Origin: Dehalococcoidia bacterium
GTDB lineage: Bacteria > Chloroflexota > Dehalococcoidia > Lucifugimonadales > JAGWBF01
Assembly (NCBI GenBank): GCA_963663025.1
Contig: OY760073.1
Coordinates: forward strand, 362,538 to 426,537
Direction: 5' to 3'
Length of the DNA stretch: 64,000 nucleotides
The notes under the pieces are model-generated. The model worked only from the letters and a program-made list of their open reading frames with translations. It ran no database searches and had not been told where the DNA came from. The number at the start of each line of letters is the position of its first letter. Position 1 is the stretch's first letter. Of this stretch, positions 31,995-42,505 are shown piece by piece. The position numbers were made by a program, and so were the translations under genes.

Positions 31995-34403
31995 CTAATT
32001 CGCGTTCCCAAAGTCAAAGTCCGCCAGCAGGCAGTCTGTGTCGTACTCTCCCGTGAACCAGATGGGCACGCACCATGACTCGTACTCCGCTATCCTGCCG
32101 CCGGATACCCTTACGTCGTAGCTGCCGTCCCGGTTCTTCGCCACGCTGACGGTCACCCCGCTGCCTATAGATCTGGACTCGCCGTCCGCAATGACGGAGT
32201 AGTCGTCGCGGCCGTAGCCTACGTCCGATTCGTAGTCGGGGTTGGCGGTGTTGTACAGGGCTGGGCCAGTCCGCGCGTTGACGCCGGCGCCGGTGGTCTG
32301 GTCGTACCGGCTCACCAGCACGCCTTCGTAGTGAAGAGGCCGCCGCTGTCCGGGTCTTGCGGAGTCATAGACCAGGTCGCTGGTGTCGCGATAGATGGCG
32401 TTTCGTTCATCCAGCACCTCCAGGGTGGTGAATGCGCCCGCTCTCCCGGAATGAATGACGAGGAACTGGTATCCCTTCTCCCTGGGCTTGGCCAGCGTGT
32501 AGGTTGCCTGTTCCGAAAGATGCAGGGCCACATCTTCCGGAGCAATCCAGCCGGCGGCGTACCGGTTGATGGCTAGGGTGGATGGCATGTCCTGATACCA
32601 GCCGGTGGGCCTGGCGAAGCTCAGCTCCGACATGAAGTCGTGAACGTTGCTGTAGAAGTTGGGCTTCTGGTACGGCTTGTTGGGGTCGGGCCTCCAGGGG
32701 AGCTCTATATAGGAGTGCGGCCAAAACATCCAACCGTGGCCGATTTCGTGCACCAGGGTAGTCATCCTGGAGGTTTGCAGGCTGACAAGCCCAAACTCGG
32801 CAGAACCGTTCCACGCCGACCCCCCGGAGGAGACCCCCACGTCGTCCAGGAGGAGGCGGTTCAGGGCGCCGGGCATACCCCACCGGCAGCCGGGCGCGTC
32901 CGGAGCGTTGGGGTCGCAGCCCACAACGCCAGCTAGGGCCAGCCACTGGTCCTGCACATCCTGGGGTGTTCCCAGACCGCTGGGGGTGAACTCGACGCCG
33001 GGGACGAAACTCATGCGCAGCTTGCCCTGGGATATCTTGCCAAAGTAGGCAGCTACATGGGTGTTGAGCGCGTTTACCGCCTCGGACATGCTCATGTCCA
33101 CCCGAACGCCATTGTCGTTGGTCCAGTCCGGCGCTCCCACGGGGACCCTGGTGATGTCCACGGCGATCTCCAGATCGCCCAGGGAGTAGTAGGTGGGGTC
33201 CACTGGCGGGTCCAGGTGGGTGCGGTCGGGATACTTGCTCATAAAGGTGCATCCTTCAAATCCCATGAGGCCGTAGCGCACGTAGCTCCCGTTGCCGAAG
33301 TAGCGTATCAGCGAAAGGGGGTCCTGGCCTTCCAGATCCGGCAGGCCCGCCGGAGTCCAGGGCGATTGGGGGTTGGGCGGCGGATCGCAGTCGTAGGGGT
33401 TGGAATCCCTCCACCAGGGCTTCGGCTCCGCCAGCCACTCGTGGTCGTTCCAAGCGTCGTAGTTTTCAGGTTCAGGCACAGCGTAAGTGGGGGTGGGGGC
33501 GGGAGCGACGGCTGTGGCAGTGGCGATGTACTCGGCATAGGCGCTGGCCGTGGCTTGATTTGCGGCTTCGGCGTCGTCGGCCCTGTCTCGGGCGTCGGCT
33601 ATGGCTGAGACTTCGGCTACGGCGTTTGCGGCGGCTACAGCTGTCTCAGTGTCCAGGTTGGGAAAGCCGATGGGGTTGTCCAAGACCTTGTTCAATGCGT
33701 CGGCAACGGCGTTGGGGTCAGCGTTGGTCATGGACACAGCATGTGCTACGGCCCCCTCCCGGTCGAGAGGAGATCGAATGATGTACTTCAAGGCCAAGGT
33801 CACCGCCGCGGACAATTCATCGGACATGTCTTTGGCAGCGGGGTCGACTGGGATAGGTCTGGCTCCGAAGCTGCTCAAGACCTCGTTCATTGCCCTGGTC
33901 ACGGCATCGGCATCGGCGTTGGTCATAGATACGGCATGAGCTATGGACCCCTCCAGGTCGTTGCGGTAGGGGCCGTTGAAGTAGGAATCTACGGCTATGC
34001 CCACAGCTTTGTTTAGGGCTGCGGCGGCGGCATTGATCCTGGCTGCGGCAGTGGCGGTGGCCTCCGCACTGGCATCAACAGTGGGGCCAGCATTGGGAGT
34101 GGGGCCGGCCGCAGTTGTGGTCGCAGCAAGCGCATTAGCTACGGCGGTAGCTATCGCATCCTCCCTGGCGCCAGAAGTGGGGGTGGGGCCAGGATTGGGA
34201 GTAGCATCAGGTTTGACTTCCGCCACGGCCGTAGCAACGGCATCAGCTATGATCGTGGAGATGTCCTCGGAAGTGGGCGCGGGCGTTGGGGCAGGCGTCG
34301 GACCACCTCTGGTGCAAGCCACAGAAAGGGCTGTCAGGAGCAGGGCCGCAAGCAAGACCGGCAGACATTTTCTCCTGGCAGACGTTATTGGACGCAACCC
34401 CAC
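31995..34403 (-). CDS. lipoprotein with Ala-rich stalk and C-terminal zincin metallopeptidase-like domain
   Basis: LSVAC lipobox, PTP linkers, LVHEIGHGWMFWPHSY (HExxH plus third His), downstream DFMS Met-turn-like motif. Confidence 0.75.
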   Translation of the reverse strand: MGLRPITSARRKCLPVLLAALLLTALSVACTRGGPTPAPTPAPTSEDISTIIADAVATAVAEVKPDATPNPGPTPTSGAREDAIATAVANALAATTTAAGPTPNAGPTVDASAEATATAAARINAAAAALNKAVGIAVDSYFNGPYRNDLEGSIAHAVSMTNADADAVTRAMNEVLSSFGARPIPVDPAAKDMSDELSAAVTLALKYIIRSPLDREGAVAHAVSMTNADPNAVADALNKVLDNPIGFPNLDTETAVAAANAVAEVSAIADARDRADDAEAANQATASAYAEYIATATAVAPAPTPTYAVPEPENYDAWNDHEWLAEPKPWWRDSNPYDCDPPPNPQSPWTPAGLPDLEGQDPLSLIRYFGNGSYVRYGLMGFEGCTFMSKYPDRTHLDPPVDPTYYSLGDLEIAVDITRVPVGAPDWTNDNGVRVDMSMSEAVNALNTHVAAYFGKISQGKLRMSFVPGVEFTPSGLGTPQDVQDQWLALAGVVGCDPNAPDAPGCRWGMPGALNRLLLDDVGVSSGGSAWNGSAEFGLVSLQTSRMTTLVHEIGHGWMFWPHSYIELPWRPDPNKPYQKPNFYSNVHDFMSELSFARPTGWYQDMPSTLAINRYAAGWIAPEDVALHLSEQATYTLAKPREKGYQFLVIHSGRAGAFTTLEVLDERNAIYRDTSDLVYDSARPGQRRPLHYEGVLVSRYDQTTGAGVNARTGPALYNTANPDYESDVGYGRDDYSVIADGESRSIGSGVTVSVAKNRDGSYDVRVSGGRIAEYESWCVPIWFTGEYDTDCLLADFDFGNAN

Positions 34404-34658
34404 TCCTCTCCGGATGTTCCAAACCCTCTACTTGGACCTTAGGGGCTTTATATTACACCAGGAGGGTCGATTCAAGGCCCTTGGCCTGTCATCCTCTGCC
34501 CACATTCACCGCCTGTTAAGGTGGGCGGGCAAATGGTGATGCGGTGCATAGAATCCAGGAGTCTGGTGGCCAAGGCGTACCGATGTGAACTTTTCGCCGG
34601 GAGGTGGCGCTTTGGAGCTGGGTGTAGGAGCACCCCGCTCCAGGTCTTCAGCAACGCA

Positions 34659-36347
34659 TCAGGACTCTATCAGCCCCTCCTGGGGCATGGTCCAGGGCAG
34701 GCTGTAGAACGGCGCGAATTGCGGCGCGCGCGCCACTGGCATCTCTCCGAAAGGCACATCGATTATCACCGGGGCCTGCTGCTCCAACGCGAGGGGAATC
34801 AATTTCTCCAACTCCATCGGGTCGTCCGCTCTCATGCCGACAGCGCCGAAAGACTCAGCGAACCTGACGAAATCCGGGTTGTGCAGGTCAGTCCCATAGG
34901 CTCCGCCAAAGGCGTCATCCAGGTCGCGCGCCACGTTGCCGTAGGAATCGTTATTGAAGACCACGGTCACTACGTTGATGCCGTACCGGACGGCCGTGGA
35001 GAGCTCGGAGGCGTTGAACATGAACCCGCCGTCTCCGGTCATGCAGACCACGGGGAGGTCGGGCTTAGCGACCTTCACCCCAAGAGCCGTCGGGAAGGCG
35101 TAACCGAGATTGAACGAGTAGCCGGAGTCTATGTACGTCTTTGGGTGATTCACCTGCCAATGGGTCCGAGCATAGTAGCCGAACTGGGTAACGTCCCAAA
35201 CTACGAAAGCATCCTCAGGGACGCCCTGCCGTATCGCTTCCAGGACAGGGTACTGGGGTTCCTTGAGCCGAATGTCGTAGTAGGCTATCAGTTTGCGCGC
35301 AGCGCTTACCGCCTCGGCGGGCGACGGACGCTCTCCTGCTCCGGCCTCGATGAGGTAGGGAAGCAGCGCCTCTATGGTCGCCCTGGCATCGCCAAGTAGG
35401 GGAATGGTGTTGGACGGGTGCTTCGTCAGCTCTGTCTCGTCTATGTTGATGTTCACCAGCGTGGCCCTCTCCCCGGCGGGATTGCCCAGCGAGAAGCGCG
35501 CCCCGATTCCTATCACCACGTCGGCAGACTGCATCACCCCGTAGAGCTGGTTCATCTCCTGTCTCTCGCCCCTGGGACTGAAGCAGGAGCCGTAAGACAG
35601 CGGATGGCTGTCGGGGATTGTGCCCTTGCCTCCGCTGGACGTAATGACGGGTATGTTCGTCGCCTCGGCCAGGCTGACAAGCGCGGCCTCAGCGTCGGAG
35701 CGCGCCACGCCGCCGCCGGCGTAGATCAGGGGCAGGCGAGACTGGGCGACAACCTGCGCGCTCTCCTGCAGCGCTTCCCTGTTGGGCACGACCCCGGGGA
35801 CATGGACAGGACTCGGCACTTCGACCTCTTCCCGCTCCACCCCGACTTCGGGCGGCATCTCGACCAGCGTCGGACGGGGGCGGCCGGTGCGCATCTGCCG
35901 GAAGGCTTCCAGCACGGCGTTCGGAACTTCGCGAGGCCTGGATGCCTGTCCCTGCCACTTGGTCACGGAGCGCACTGCGCCGGCTTGGTCAGCGACCTCG
36001 TGCACAGCCCCACGGTTCTTGCCGATGGCGCCTCTGGGGATCTGGCCCGCGATGAGGAGAACGGGCGAAGAGCGGGCGTAGGCGTTGGCGAGGCCGGAAG
36101 CCGCGTTATAGAGACCGACGCCCGGGACCACCAGCGCGACCCCCGGCTTGCCTGACGCACGGGCATAGCCGTCGGCCATGTACGTCGTCGCCTGTTCGTG
36201 CCGTGTGGCGATCATGCGAATGTCGGGTTCGTCCCGAATAGCGGCGACAATGCCGTAGATCTGTATGCCCGGTATGCCGAATACGACCTCGACGCCTTCC
36301 CCTACAAGGGACTTGGCAAGCGCTTCCCCTCCGCTCAACTTGACCAA
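34659..36347 (-). CDS. thiamine-diphosphate-dependent enzyme (acetolactate synthase-like family)
   Basis: VFGIPG, RHEQATTYMADGYAR, GDGGFMFN...NNDSYG; AGGAGG RBS before TTG. Confidence 0.92.
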   Translation of the reverse strand: MVKLSGGEALAKSLVGEGVEVVFGIPGIQIYGIVAAIRDEPDIRMIATRHEQATTYMADGYARASGKPGVALVVPGVGLYNAASGLANAYARSSPVLLIAGQIPRGAIGKNRGAVHEVADQAGAVRSVTKWQGQASRPREVPNAVLEAFRQMRTGRPRPTLVEMPPEVGVEREEVEVPSPVHVPGVVPNREALQESAQVVAQSRLPLIYAGGGVARSDAEAALVSLAEATNIPVITSSGGKGTIPDSHPLSYGSCFSPRGERQEMNQLYGVMQSADVVIGIGARFSLGNPAGERATLVNINIDETELTKHPSNTIPLLGDARATIEALLPYLIEAGAGERPSPAEAVSAARKLIAYYDIRLKEPQYPVLEAIRQGVPEDAFVVWDVTQFGYYARTHWQVNHPKTYIDSGYSFNLGYAFPTALGVKVAKPDLPVVCMTGDGGFMFNASELSTAVRYGINVVTVVFNNDSYGNVARDLDDAFGGAYGTDLHNPDFVRFAESFGAVGMRADDPMELEKLIPLALEQQAPVIIDVPFGEMPVARAPQFAPFYSLPWTMPQEGLIES

Positions 36348-36494
36348 GAGTTGCCTCCTACGTAACGGCAGACGCGGTAGCATTCTTCACCCAGCAGCCC
36401 GGCTGCAACGGCTCGGACGGGTGGAACTTAGGAAGAGTGTACACTCTCAGGGCAAGCCTCGGTAGGTACATTAGAAAGAAGCCCTGTGGCGCCC

Positions 36495-36806
36495 CTATCG
36501 GAGGGGCATGTTGAGGGTGCGTTCCAGGTTGCCAAGGTACTCGGTGAAGGCCTGGCGGCCCTCGGGGGTCGCCACAACCCACGTACGGGGCAACCTCTCA
36601 AGGAACTCCTTTGTGGTGCAGACGTACCCGGCCTCCTCCAGCTTGCGCAAGTGGATGGTCAGGTTGCCCCCGGTCAGTTCAAGCGCCTGCTGGATAAATC
36701 CATACGCCACCCTGTCCGACTCGGACCGGGACACCAGCAGCGTCATGATCCGCAGGCGCGTGGACTGGTGGATCGTTTCGTTCAGGACGATTGGGTCCTC
36801 GCTCAT
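36495..36806 (-). CDS. winged-helix transcriptional regulator (HTH_34/MarR-like)
   Basis: IHQSTRLRIM, LTGGNLTIHLRKLEEAGYV, PRTW..TPEGRQAF; ATGA overlap with upstream gene. Confidence 0.92.
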   Translation of the reverse strand: MSEDPIVLNETIHQSTRLRIMTLLVSRSESDRVAYGFIQQALELTGGNLTIHLRKLEEAGYVCTTKEFLERLPRTWVVATPEGRQAFTEYLGNLERTLNMPLR

Positions 36807-37438
36807 GCCGCCTCGCTCCTGCGAATCCATAGCCATGCGACAGCTACGATGACAAGTATCAGCACAGCCGACAGCACCGGCCCAGCATCGCCGCCGAAGT
36901 GGGTTGGCAGGTAGTAGGAAGCAGCGATGCCAAGACCTACCAGGGCAATGGCAAGGTGGTGCATAATGCCGAAGAGAACGTACCCCAGCGCGATTATGCC
37001 GATGGCGACTCCCCTGATGGCGACGGGGTCGGCGTCGTTGTCCCAAAGGCCCGAGGCGCCAGGAATGATGAAAGCGGACGCTACCACGGTCATCCAGAAG
37101 CCGAAGACCCGGAGCCCCGCCGCAGTGGCCGAAGGGCCGGTAGCGTTCCGCTTGCTGGCCCGGTAGCCGATGAGGGAGCTCCCAATCATGCCCGGAATTG
37201 CCAGGCCGAACCATATGGGGCCGGGATACCATGGGTAGTCGTCGGCGAATGCAGGGGCGAAGGTTTCGACAGCGTACATGGAGAAGTACCCTAACGCAAC
37301 GATGGCGCCCCACATCAGCGTGATGGTGGGCCAGCCCGCCACGTACATGGCGGTCCGGGAAGTGTCCAGGGTCGCTTGTATCGACCTCCATCCCTGCTCA
37401 GGTGTGATCTGCTGCCCTTCTCTGTCCTGGTGCTGCAT
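36803..37438 (-). CDS. hypothetical 6-TM membrane protein co-transcribed with the wHTH regulator
   Basis: GGAGG RBS; hydrophobic segments. Confidence 0.82.
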   Translation of the reverse strand: MQHQDREGQQITPEQGWRSIQATLDTSRTAMYVAGWPTITLMWGAIVALGYFSMYAVETFAPAFADDYPWYPGPIWFGLAIPGMIGSSLIGYRASKRNATGPSATAAGLRVFGFWMTVVASAFIIPGASGLWDNDADPVAIRGVAIGIIALGYVLFGIMHHLAIALVGLGIAASYYLPTHFGGDAGPVLSAVLILVIVAVAWLWIRRSEAA

Positions 37439-37459
37439 TTCTTGCCTCCGTCAATTAAC

Positions 37460-37495
37460 ATAAACTAGTTTATATAATAAACTATCTATTGTCAA
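37460..37495 (-). promoter_or_regulatory. sigma70 promoter with overlapping inverted-repeat operator
   Basis: TTGACA(37495-37490)-N17-TAAACT(37472-37467); TAGTTTA-N5-TAAACTA and palindrome ATAAACTAGTTTAT. Confidence 0.8.
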
Positions 37496-37660
37496 GAGGA
37501 TACATCATGCATGGGAAGGGCAATCAGGAGCCGGGCGCAATGCGAGTACCTGGGGGGATTGCGGCGGTAGGCCGGCGAAGCCGTGGAGGTGTATGTTGGC
37601 AGAATGCCCGGGCAGACAGGGTGGCACAGGATGGCACCCTGGAGCGGAGGCGGCCCGTCG

Positions 37661-38455
37661 CTATAGGGCGTCCAGCTTGGCGGTCGGGCGGTTGTTCCTG
37701 CGGGCCACCATGCGGGTGAACCCCAGGGTTGCTCCCCTGTCCAGCGCCAGCATATCGGCCTCGTCGCTGGGCTTGCCCAGCCGTTCCGACCACAGCAGGT
37801 CCGACTCCATCCAGAGCTTCCAGCCGTCCGGCACCAGCTCGGCAACCTCCACGCTCACCAGCCCGCTTCGCTCCCAGTGGCGTCTCCACCAATCCGGGCT
37901 GTGCAGGCTGAAGAACGCAGGCTCCCAGTATTGCCGGAGGTGTTCCGGCCCTTCGGCTGTTGTCAGTTCTTCCACCAACGCGGGAGCTACGACCCCCATT
38001 TGCCCGCCGGGCTTTATTGCCCAGGCCAGGTGGTTCTCCAAGAAAAGGTCGTCCGTCCCGAAGTAGTGGTAAGCGTCCACGCTGACCATTGCATCGAAGA
38101 ACCCGTCGGCGAAGGGTAGAGCATGGGCCTCGGCATTGATGGGGAAAACTCGGTCTTCCACTCCGGCGGCGCAGATACGGTCGTAGTTGTCGCTGGCTTC
38201 GATCCACAAGTCCGCCGCCCACACCTGCACCCCGTACTCCTTCGCAAGGAATATCGAGCTCAGCCCTTTGCCGCAACCCAAATCCAGGATCCGCATTCCA
38301 GGAGTGAGGTCCATGCACCCTGCCAAGGACTCCGTCAGCCAGAGGGCATTGGGCCCCATCATGTTGTCCAGGACCCAGTCGGGATCATAGTTTGCCGAGC
38401 GGGGAAACTCGGCCCGACGGAACAAGTCCTCCCGTCCTTCACCTGCGTCTTGCAA
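37661..38455 (-). CDS. class I SAM-dependent methyltransferase
   Basis: MGPNALWL, ILDLGCGKG, AEAHALPFADGFFD, DAYHYFG; start uncertain. Confidence 0.9.
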   Translation of the reverse strand: MQDAGEGREDLFRRAEFPRSANYDPDWVLDNMMGPNALWLTESLAGCMDLTPGMRILDLGCGKGLSSIFLAKEYGVQVWAADLWIEASDNYDRICAAGVEDRVFPINAEAHALPFADGFFDAMVSVDAYHYFGTDDLFLENHLAWAIKPGGQMGVVAPALVEELTTAEGPEHLRQYWEPAFFSLHSPDWWRRHWERSGLVSVEVAELVPDGWKLWMESDLLWSERLGKPSDEADMLALDRGATLGFTRMVARRNNRPTAKLDAL

Positions 38456-38816
38456 ACCCTGGCTCCCTTCTTGAGACTCTGCGGGGATTATACAAGTGCA
38501 TAGCCCTCGATTCTCCCCAGTGCACGTATGCAAAACTCGGGACCCCACGGCACTGAATCTATCCTCACATCGTCGGATTTAGCCCGGGGGCTCCCAGATC
38601 GAAGCAGAACCTGCCGGGGGCCGGAGCGAGGATGGGGATGGGGCGGCTGGTACTCAAGGGAGGCGGGTAGCGGGAGGCCTTGGCCGACAGGGTGGCGGTT
38701 CCTTTTGGGGGAGCGGCGATTGAGCCTTACCCCTAGAGAGTCCAGAACAGCCTGATGTCCAGCAGGTGGCCTGGTCGTCCCAGAAGAGTCCCAACAGGTG
38801 TTATATGGGTGCTGCC

Positions 38817-41800
38817 CTATTCGCTAGGGGCTTCCTCATTCTCGGATTGCGTCTCTGATTTGGCTTCATCTTCTTCGAGTTCAATTCCGAGAATGGTTCC
38901 GATTCTCCTCAGAGGCGGCAGCATAGAGTCATCGTCTGAGACTTCTCTGAGGCGTTGTCGAACCCGATCTCTGAAATCGTTGGCTGCACCCTGTTCTTTG
39001 CTCGCGGTTAGCAGTGTAGGGTTGCATTCAACGGTGTCCGCGACCCATTCCAGTCCCCTTTCGTTATCTGCATCCAAGACAGGCCTACATACGCGTTCAA
39101 TAAATCCACGCTCGTTGACCAGCAGGTCGCCATTCGATAACAAGCTGCCAAAGAGATCAAAGAACTTTGCGCTTGCCTCGCCCTCAGACTGTTGAAGAAC
39201 GTCGAATATACGACCGAGGAATAGTCCCCGTTGCTCAGTGTCTAGCAAGGCAATAAGAGCATCCCAGGATGCGCTCGGAAGAATCCCCTTAGAATCTGAG
39301 GCGACACTTTCGGAGTACTTTACGAGCCCATCAAGGTAGGCGGAGCCGAGGGTCATGCTAGCCCCTCTGTTCTTCAGTTCTACCACAAGTTCCACTAGGT
39401 CTCCCCGAGGCCTGATCTCTTTCGTCCAATTGTCCCGATTGATATCAGCGAGACCCCTTTCGCACCACGTTACAAAACTGCCGTCTGTGCCTCCTCTCAA
39501 CAGAGCTAGGTAGAGGCCGCTCTCATTCACTCTAAAGGCCCCGTCGATTACTCCAGCAATCAAATCCTCAAGCCCAGGCAATTCTCTCAGGAATACTTCG
39601 AAACTCTGCGAATCCTCCTTCCTCCTTTGCAAGATACTCCGTATAAGAGACCACTTTGCCCTAACTAATCCAGTCGGCTTCGAAACGTCTTCGGAAGTGA
39701 GGAGTGCTCCAAGGACTTCCACCAGAAATGGAGGAACAGGCCGTCTCCCAGTCGCCATCTGAAGAACTACTGGAAGTTGCTTGGTCTCCTTTGCTCGCGC
39801 GATGAAGTGTGCCGCGGCTTGGGGGACGGTGTTCGGGTCTTGAAGAAGTTCGGTGAGGTTCTCATATCCAGCGACAGAATTGCCGAATTCTTCAGGCTCA
39901 CTTGCATCAGGAACGGCTTCCAAATAACCGAATGCGCACTCACCTACCGCTTCCGGATGGCTATCCGAAAATGCCTGATGTAAGTGATGGAGGTAATAGC
40001 CACCTGATGCGAATGCCGCATACTCATCTTCCGAAATGAGGCCAACTGCTACTGAGTAGCGGAGTACCCCCAACATAAAGGCAAGCTCTTCACTGTCAAT
40101 CGCTTGTCTTGACTGAAGGTGCGAGAACACCTCCCTTGCTACTTTGCTCATGGTATTTCCGGATCTGGTCGCCATCGCCGATTGCAAAGCGTCATATGTG
40201 TTTTCCTCGATTTCACCGGGACTCACTTGCTGAGCCAGCAGCTCATCAATCTCAACGACAGCTTGGAGGCTGAAGTACTTCAATAGCTGGCCATATGGGT
40301 CCTTGTCAGCCACCTCATGGGATACATCAAGCCATTGGTGGGCATCCAATGGAACCCTAATTCCTTGTGTCATCTGATTGCTGAAGCCAAGGTCAACCAA
40401 GCCTTCAATTAGAGCGAACGCGGAAGACATCCATACGCTCGGAGGTACTCGCTGTCTTTTGGTCCTTGAGTCATCCTCTCGTTGCTCTTCATCTGAGGCT
40501 TCGACTGGTGCTTTAGAGGCTCCCGCAAGTAGAATTGGGACTATTTCCTCTGAGTTGCCTGCCAATTGTCCCAAGTCGACCATCCCCCTTGCCATCGACG
40601 CATCGAACGGAGTCCAAGCTTGTAGCGCTGACGCCGCTGTCTGAATGGTTGACCTGAGGGCCTTTGCTTCTGGACGAGTGTTGGCATTTTCAAAGACTTC
40701 GCTACTGACAAGAGCAGAGGCCGCCTTCGCTAGGTCCGAAGGTGGGAGACTAGCCCAATCTTGAGCTCCCGCCGGTACGGCGTCTTCAAGAACGGCCCAG
40801 AACCCATCGGGGTGAGCCGATGCGAGACTTGATAGGGTGGCCCCGTCTCCGTCGCCAAGAGCAACCTGGATCGGCCCTCTGAGGAGGAGTTGCTGCGCCT
40901 CCTGGGTGGAGACTCCATAGTGAAGAGCTGCAATCGTCTCTCTCCACTGGTTTCCAATGATCCGTTTTGGAAAATCCAAATCGTCGCTCGAAAGGAGGCA
41001 TTCGCGCACGTTTGTGCCGTCTCTCTGCAAGAGAACATGGCACGCAAGATGAGAAAGCGGAAATTCATCATGCCGCTCCCTGTGAAGGGAACCTATTTGG
41101 TTTATGAATATCTTGAGATCCCGGGGAGTTGGCGCCGATGTTTCAAGCCCACCCTTAATTGCAAAAGCTCGGTATACGCCATGGAAATCTGATTCTTGGT
41201 GGCCAGGAAGGGCTTGTTGGAGAGCCCCCTGGAGGAATCCTCGCCAGTCCGTCAACAAAAGCGGTGGTACCCTAAATCTAATTTGAAAAGTCTTGTCAAG
41301 AAACGATACTGCCATTGCTGAATCAGCGTCTTCGGTTTCCTCATCGGATTGTTCCCAAAGGCGAACTATGGCCGTGCCGTCGTATGGGATTAGAACCCAT
41401 AGCAGGTCGATCCATCCAGGACGCCGGTAGTCACTATATGCGAGGAACGTCTGTAGTGTTGACCAAATTGAGAGGGCATCGGACGCCTGGACACGATCCA
41501 GGTTGTCTATGACAAGGAGCAACTTTCGAGTGTCTTTCTCTAAGGCTTCACCTAGAAGATCACGGAATACAGACTCGAACTCAACCGATGTAGGATCTGG
41601 CGCCTGGGTTACTATGGTGCGAGACTCGGTCGAGGCTTGCCCTGTTATTAGAGCTGGGAGGGCGTCTAAACCGCCATCTTCTTCTCTATCGCTGCCTCCA
41701 CGCTTTCTCCTCCAGTGTCGGATACCTCCCACGAAGCTATACAGAATAGCTGGCGAGAGCACGCCGCCCGCGCCGATGCCAATAAGAAGAGCAACCAGGA

Positions 41801-42308
41801 TTACGGAAGCTTCTGCGGATGCCAAAAGCCGAGCACCAGCGGCGATTAGCGCTGAGCCCATGGGAACAGCCAGTAAACTGAAAGCGAAGGCGATGCCCAA
41901 GCCTGTCAATTTGGGTGCGACTCTGGTCGTTTCCTCACGGCGGCGCCTAGCAAGCTCGTCAATGCGCTGGTCCCATTTCTCCGTGTCGACCCAGCCAAAT
42001 CCCTGAACTTGGGTGATGAGATTCTCTAGGAAGGTGCGCCGCAGCGGGTCGCCCTGATGGGACCACATATCGAAGACAGCAACCCTGTAATCGCGCTCCT
42101 TGGTTTCTGGGAGTTCCTTAGAAATAAGCTTGACGATAGTGGATTTGCCGGCACCCCATCCACCTTCGAGGCCTATGGCCTTCCCACCGCATTCGGTCAT
42201 AACTACTTCCGCGATCGATCGGGCGACCTTGGCATGACCCCCGAATGCATCTATTTCGGAGGGAGTGTCCGCGAGAAGTTTGGTAGTACAAGGATTATTC
42301 ATAGCCAC
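38817..42308 (-). CDS. KAP-family P-loop NTPase with two TM helices and a long C-terminal extension
   Basis: GLEGGWGAGKST Walker A, FDMWSHQGDPLRRTFL, TM insert, LLLVIDNLDRV Walker B, FLDKTF, TPRDLK. Confidence 0.9.
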   Translation of the reverse strand: MAMNNPCTTKLLADTPSEIDAFGGHAKVARSIAEVVMTECGGKAIGLEGGWGAGKSTIVKLISKELPETKERDYRVAVFDMWSHQGDPLRRTFLENLITQVQGFGWVDTEKWDQRIDELARRRREETTRVAPKLTGLGIAFAFSLLAVPMGSALIAAGARLLASAEASVILVALLIGIGAGGVLSPAILYSFVGGIRHWRRKRGGSDREEDGGLDALPALITGQASTESRTIVTQAPDPTSVEFESVFRDLLGEALEKDTRKLLLVIDNLDRVQASDALSIWSTLQTFLAYSDYRRPGWIDLLWVLIPYDGTAIVRLWEQSDEETEDADSAMAVSFLDKTFQIRFRVPPLLLTDWRGFLQGALQQALPGHQESDFHGVYRAFAIKGGLETSAPTPRDLKIFINQIGSLHRERHDEFPLSHLACHVLLQRDGTNVRECLLSSDDLDFPKRIIGNQWRETIAALHYGVSTQEAQQLLLRGPIQVALGDGDGATLSSLASAHPDGFWAVLEDAVPAGAQDWASLPPSDLAKAASALVSSEVFENANTRPEAKALRSTIQTAASALQAWTPFDASMARGMVDLGQLAGNSEEIVPILLAGASKAPVEASDEEQREDDSRTKRQRVPPSVWMSSAFALIEGLVDLGFSNQMTQGIRVPLDAHQWLDVSHEVADKDPYGQLLKYFSLQAVVEIDELLAQQVSPGEIEENTYDALQSAMATRSGNTMSKVAREVFSHLQSRQAIDSEELAFMLGVLRYSVAVGLISEDEYAAFASGGYYLHHLHQAFSDSHPEAVGECAFGYLEAVPDASEPEEFGNSVAGYENLTELLQDPNTVPQAAAHFIARAKETKQLPVVLQMATGRRPVPPFLVEVLGALLTSEDVSKPTGLVRAKWSLIRSILQRRKEDSQSFEVFLRELPGLEDLIAGVIDGAFRVNESGLYLALLRGGTDGSFVTWCERGLADINRDNWTKEIRPRGDLVELVVELKNRGASMTLGSAYLDGLVKYSESVASDSKGILPSASWDALIALLDTEQRGLFLGRIFDVLQQSEGEASAKFFDLFGSLLSNGDLLVNERGFIERVCRPVLDADNERGLEWVADTVECNPTLLTASKEQGAANDFRDRVRQRLREVSDDDSMLPPLRRIGTILGIELEEDEAKSETQSENEEAPSE

Positions 42309-42505
42309 ATCAATGTCCCTAAGGGACGATTGTTCCAGGAAGATATTCTACAACGTCCGGGACAACAAGGGTTCTGAGGTCAAGAGATCATAGGGGTTGA
42401 CCAGGTCTGGCAGGCTTAGAGTTTGGTGATGTTGGTTCTAATCTCTGAGGGTATTTGATTCGTAGTTGGCAAGGGGGTGCCGACCTAGGTGAGCCGTGTG
42501 GTAAG

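Noticed and set aside
36495-37391. 298-aa ORF as one protein
   Set aside because: Only the last 103 aa (wHTH, ATG at 36806) are plausible; the rest overlaps the membrane-protein gene out of frame
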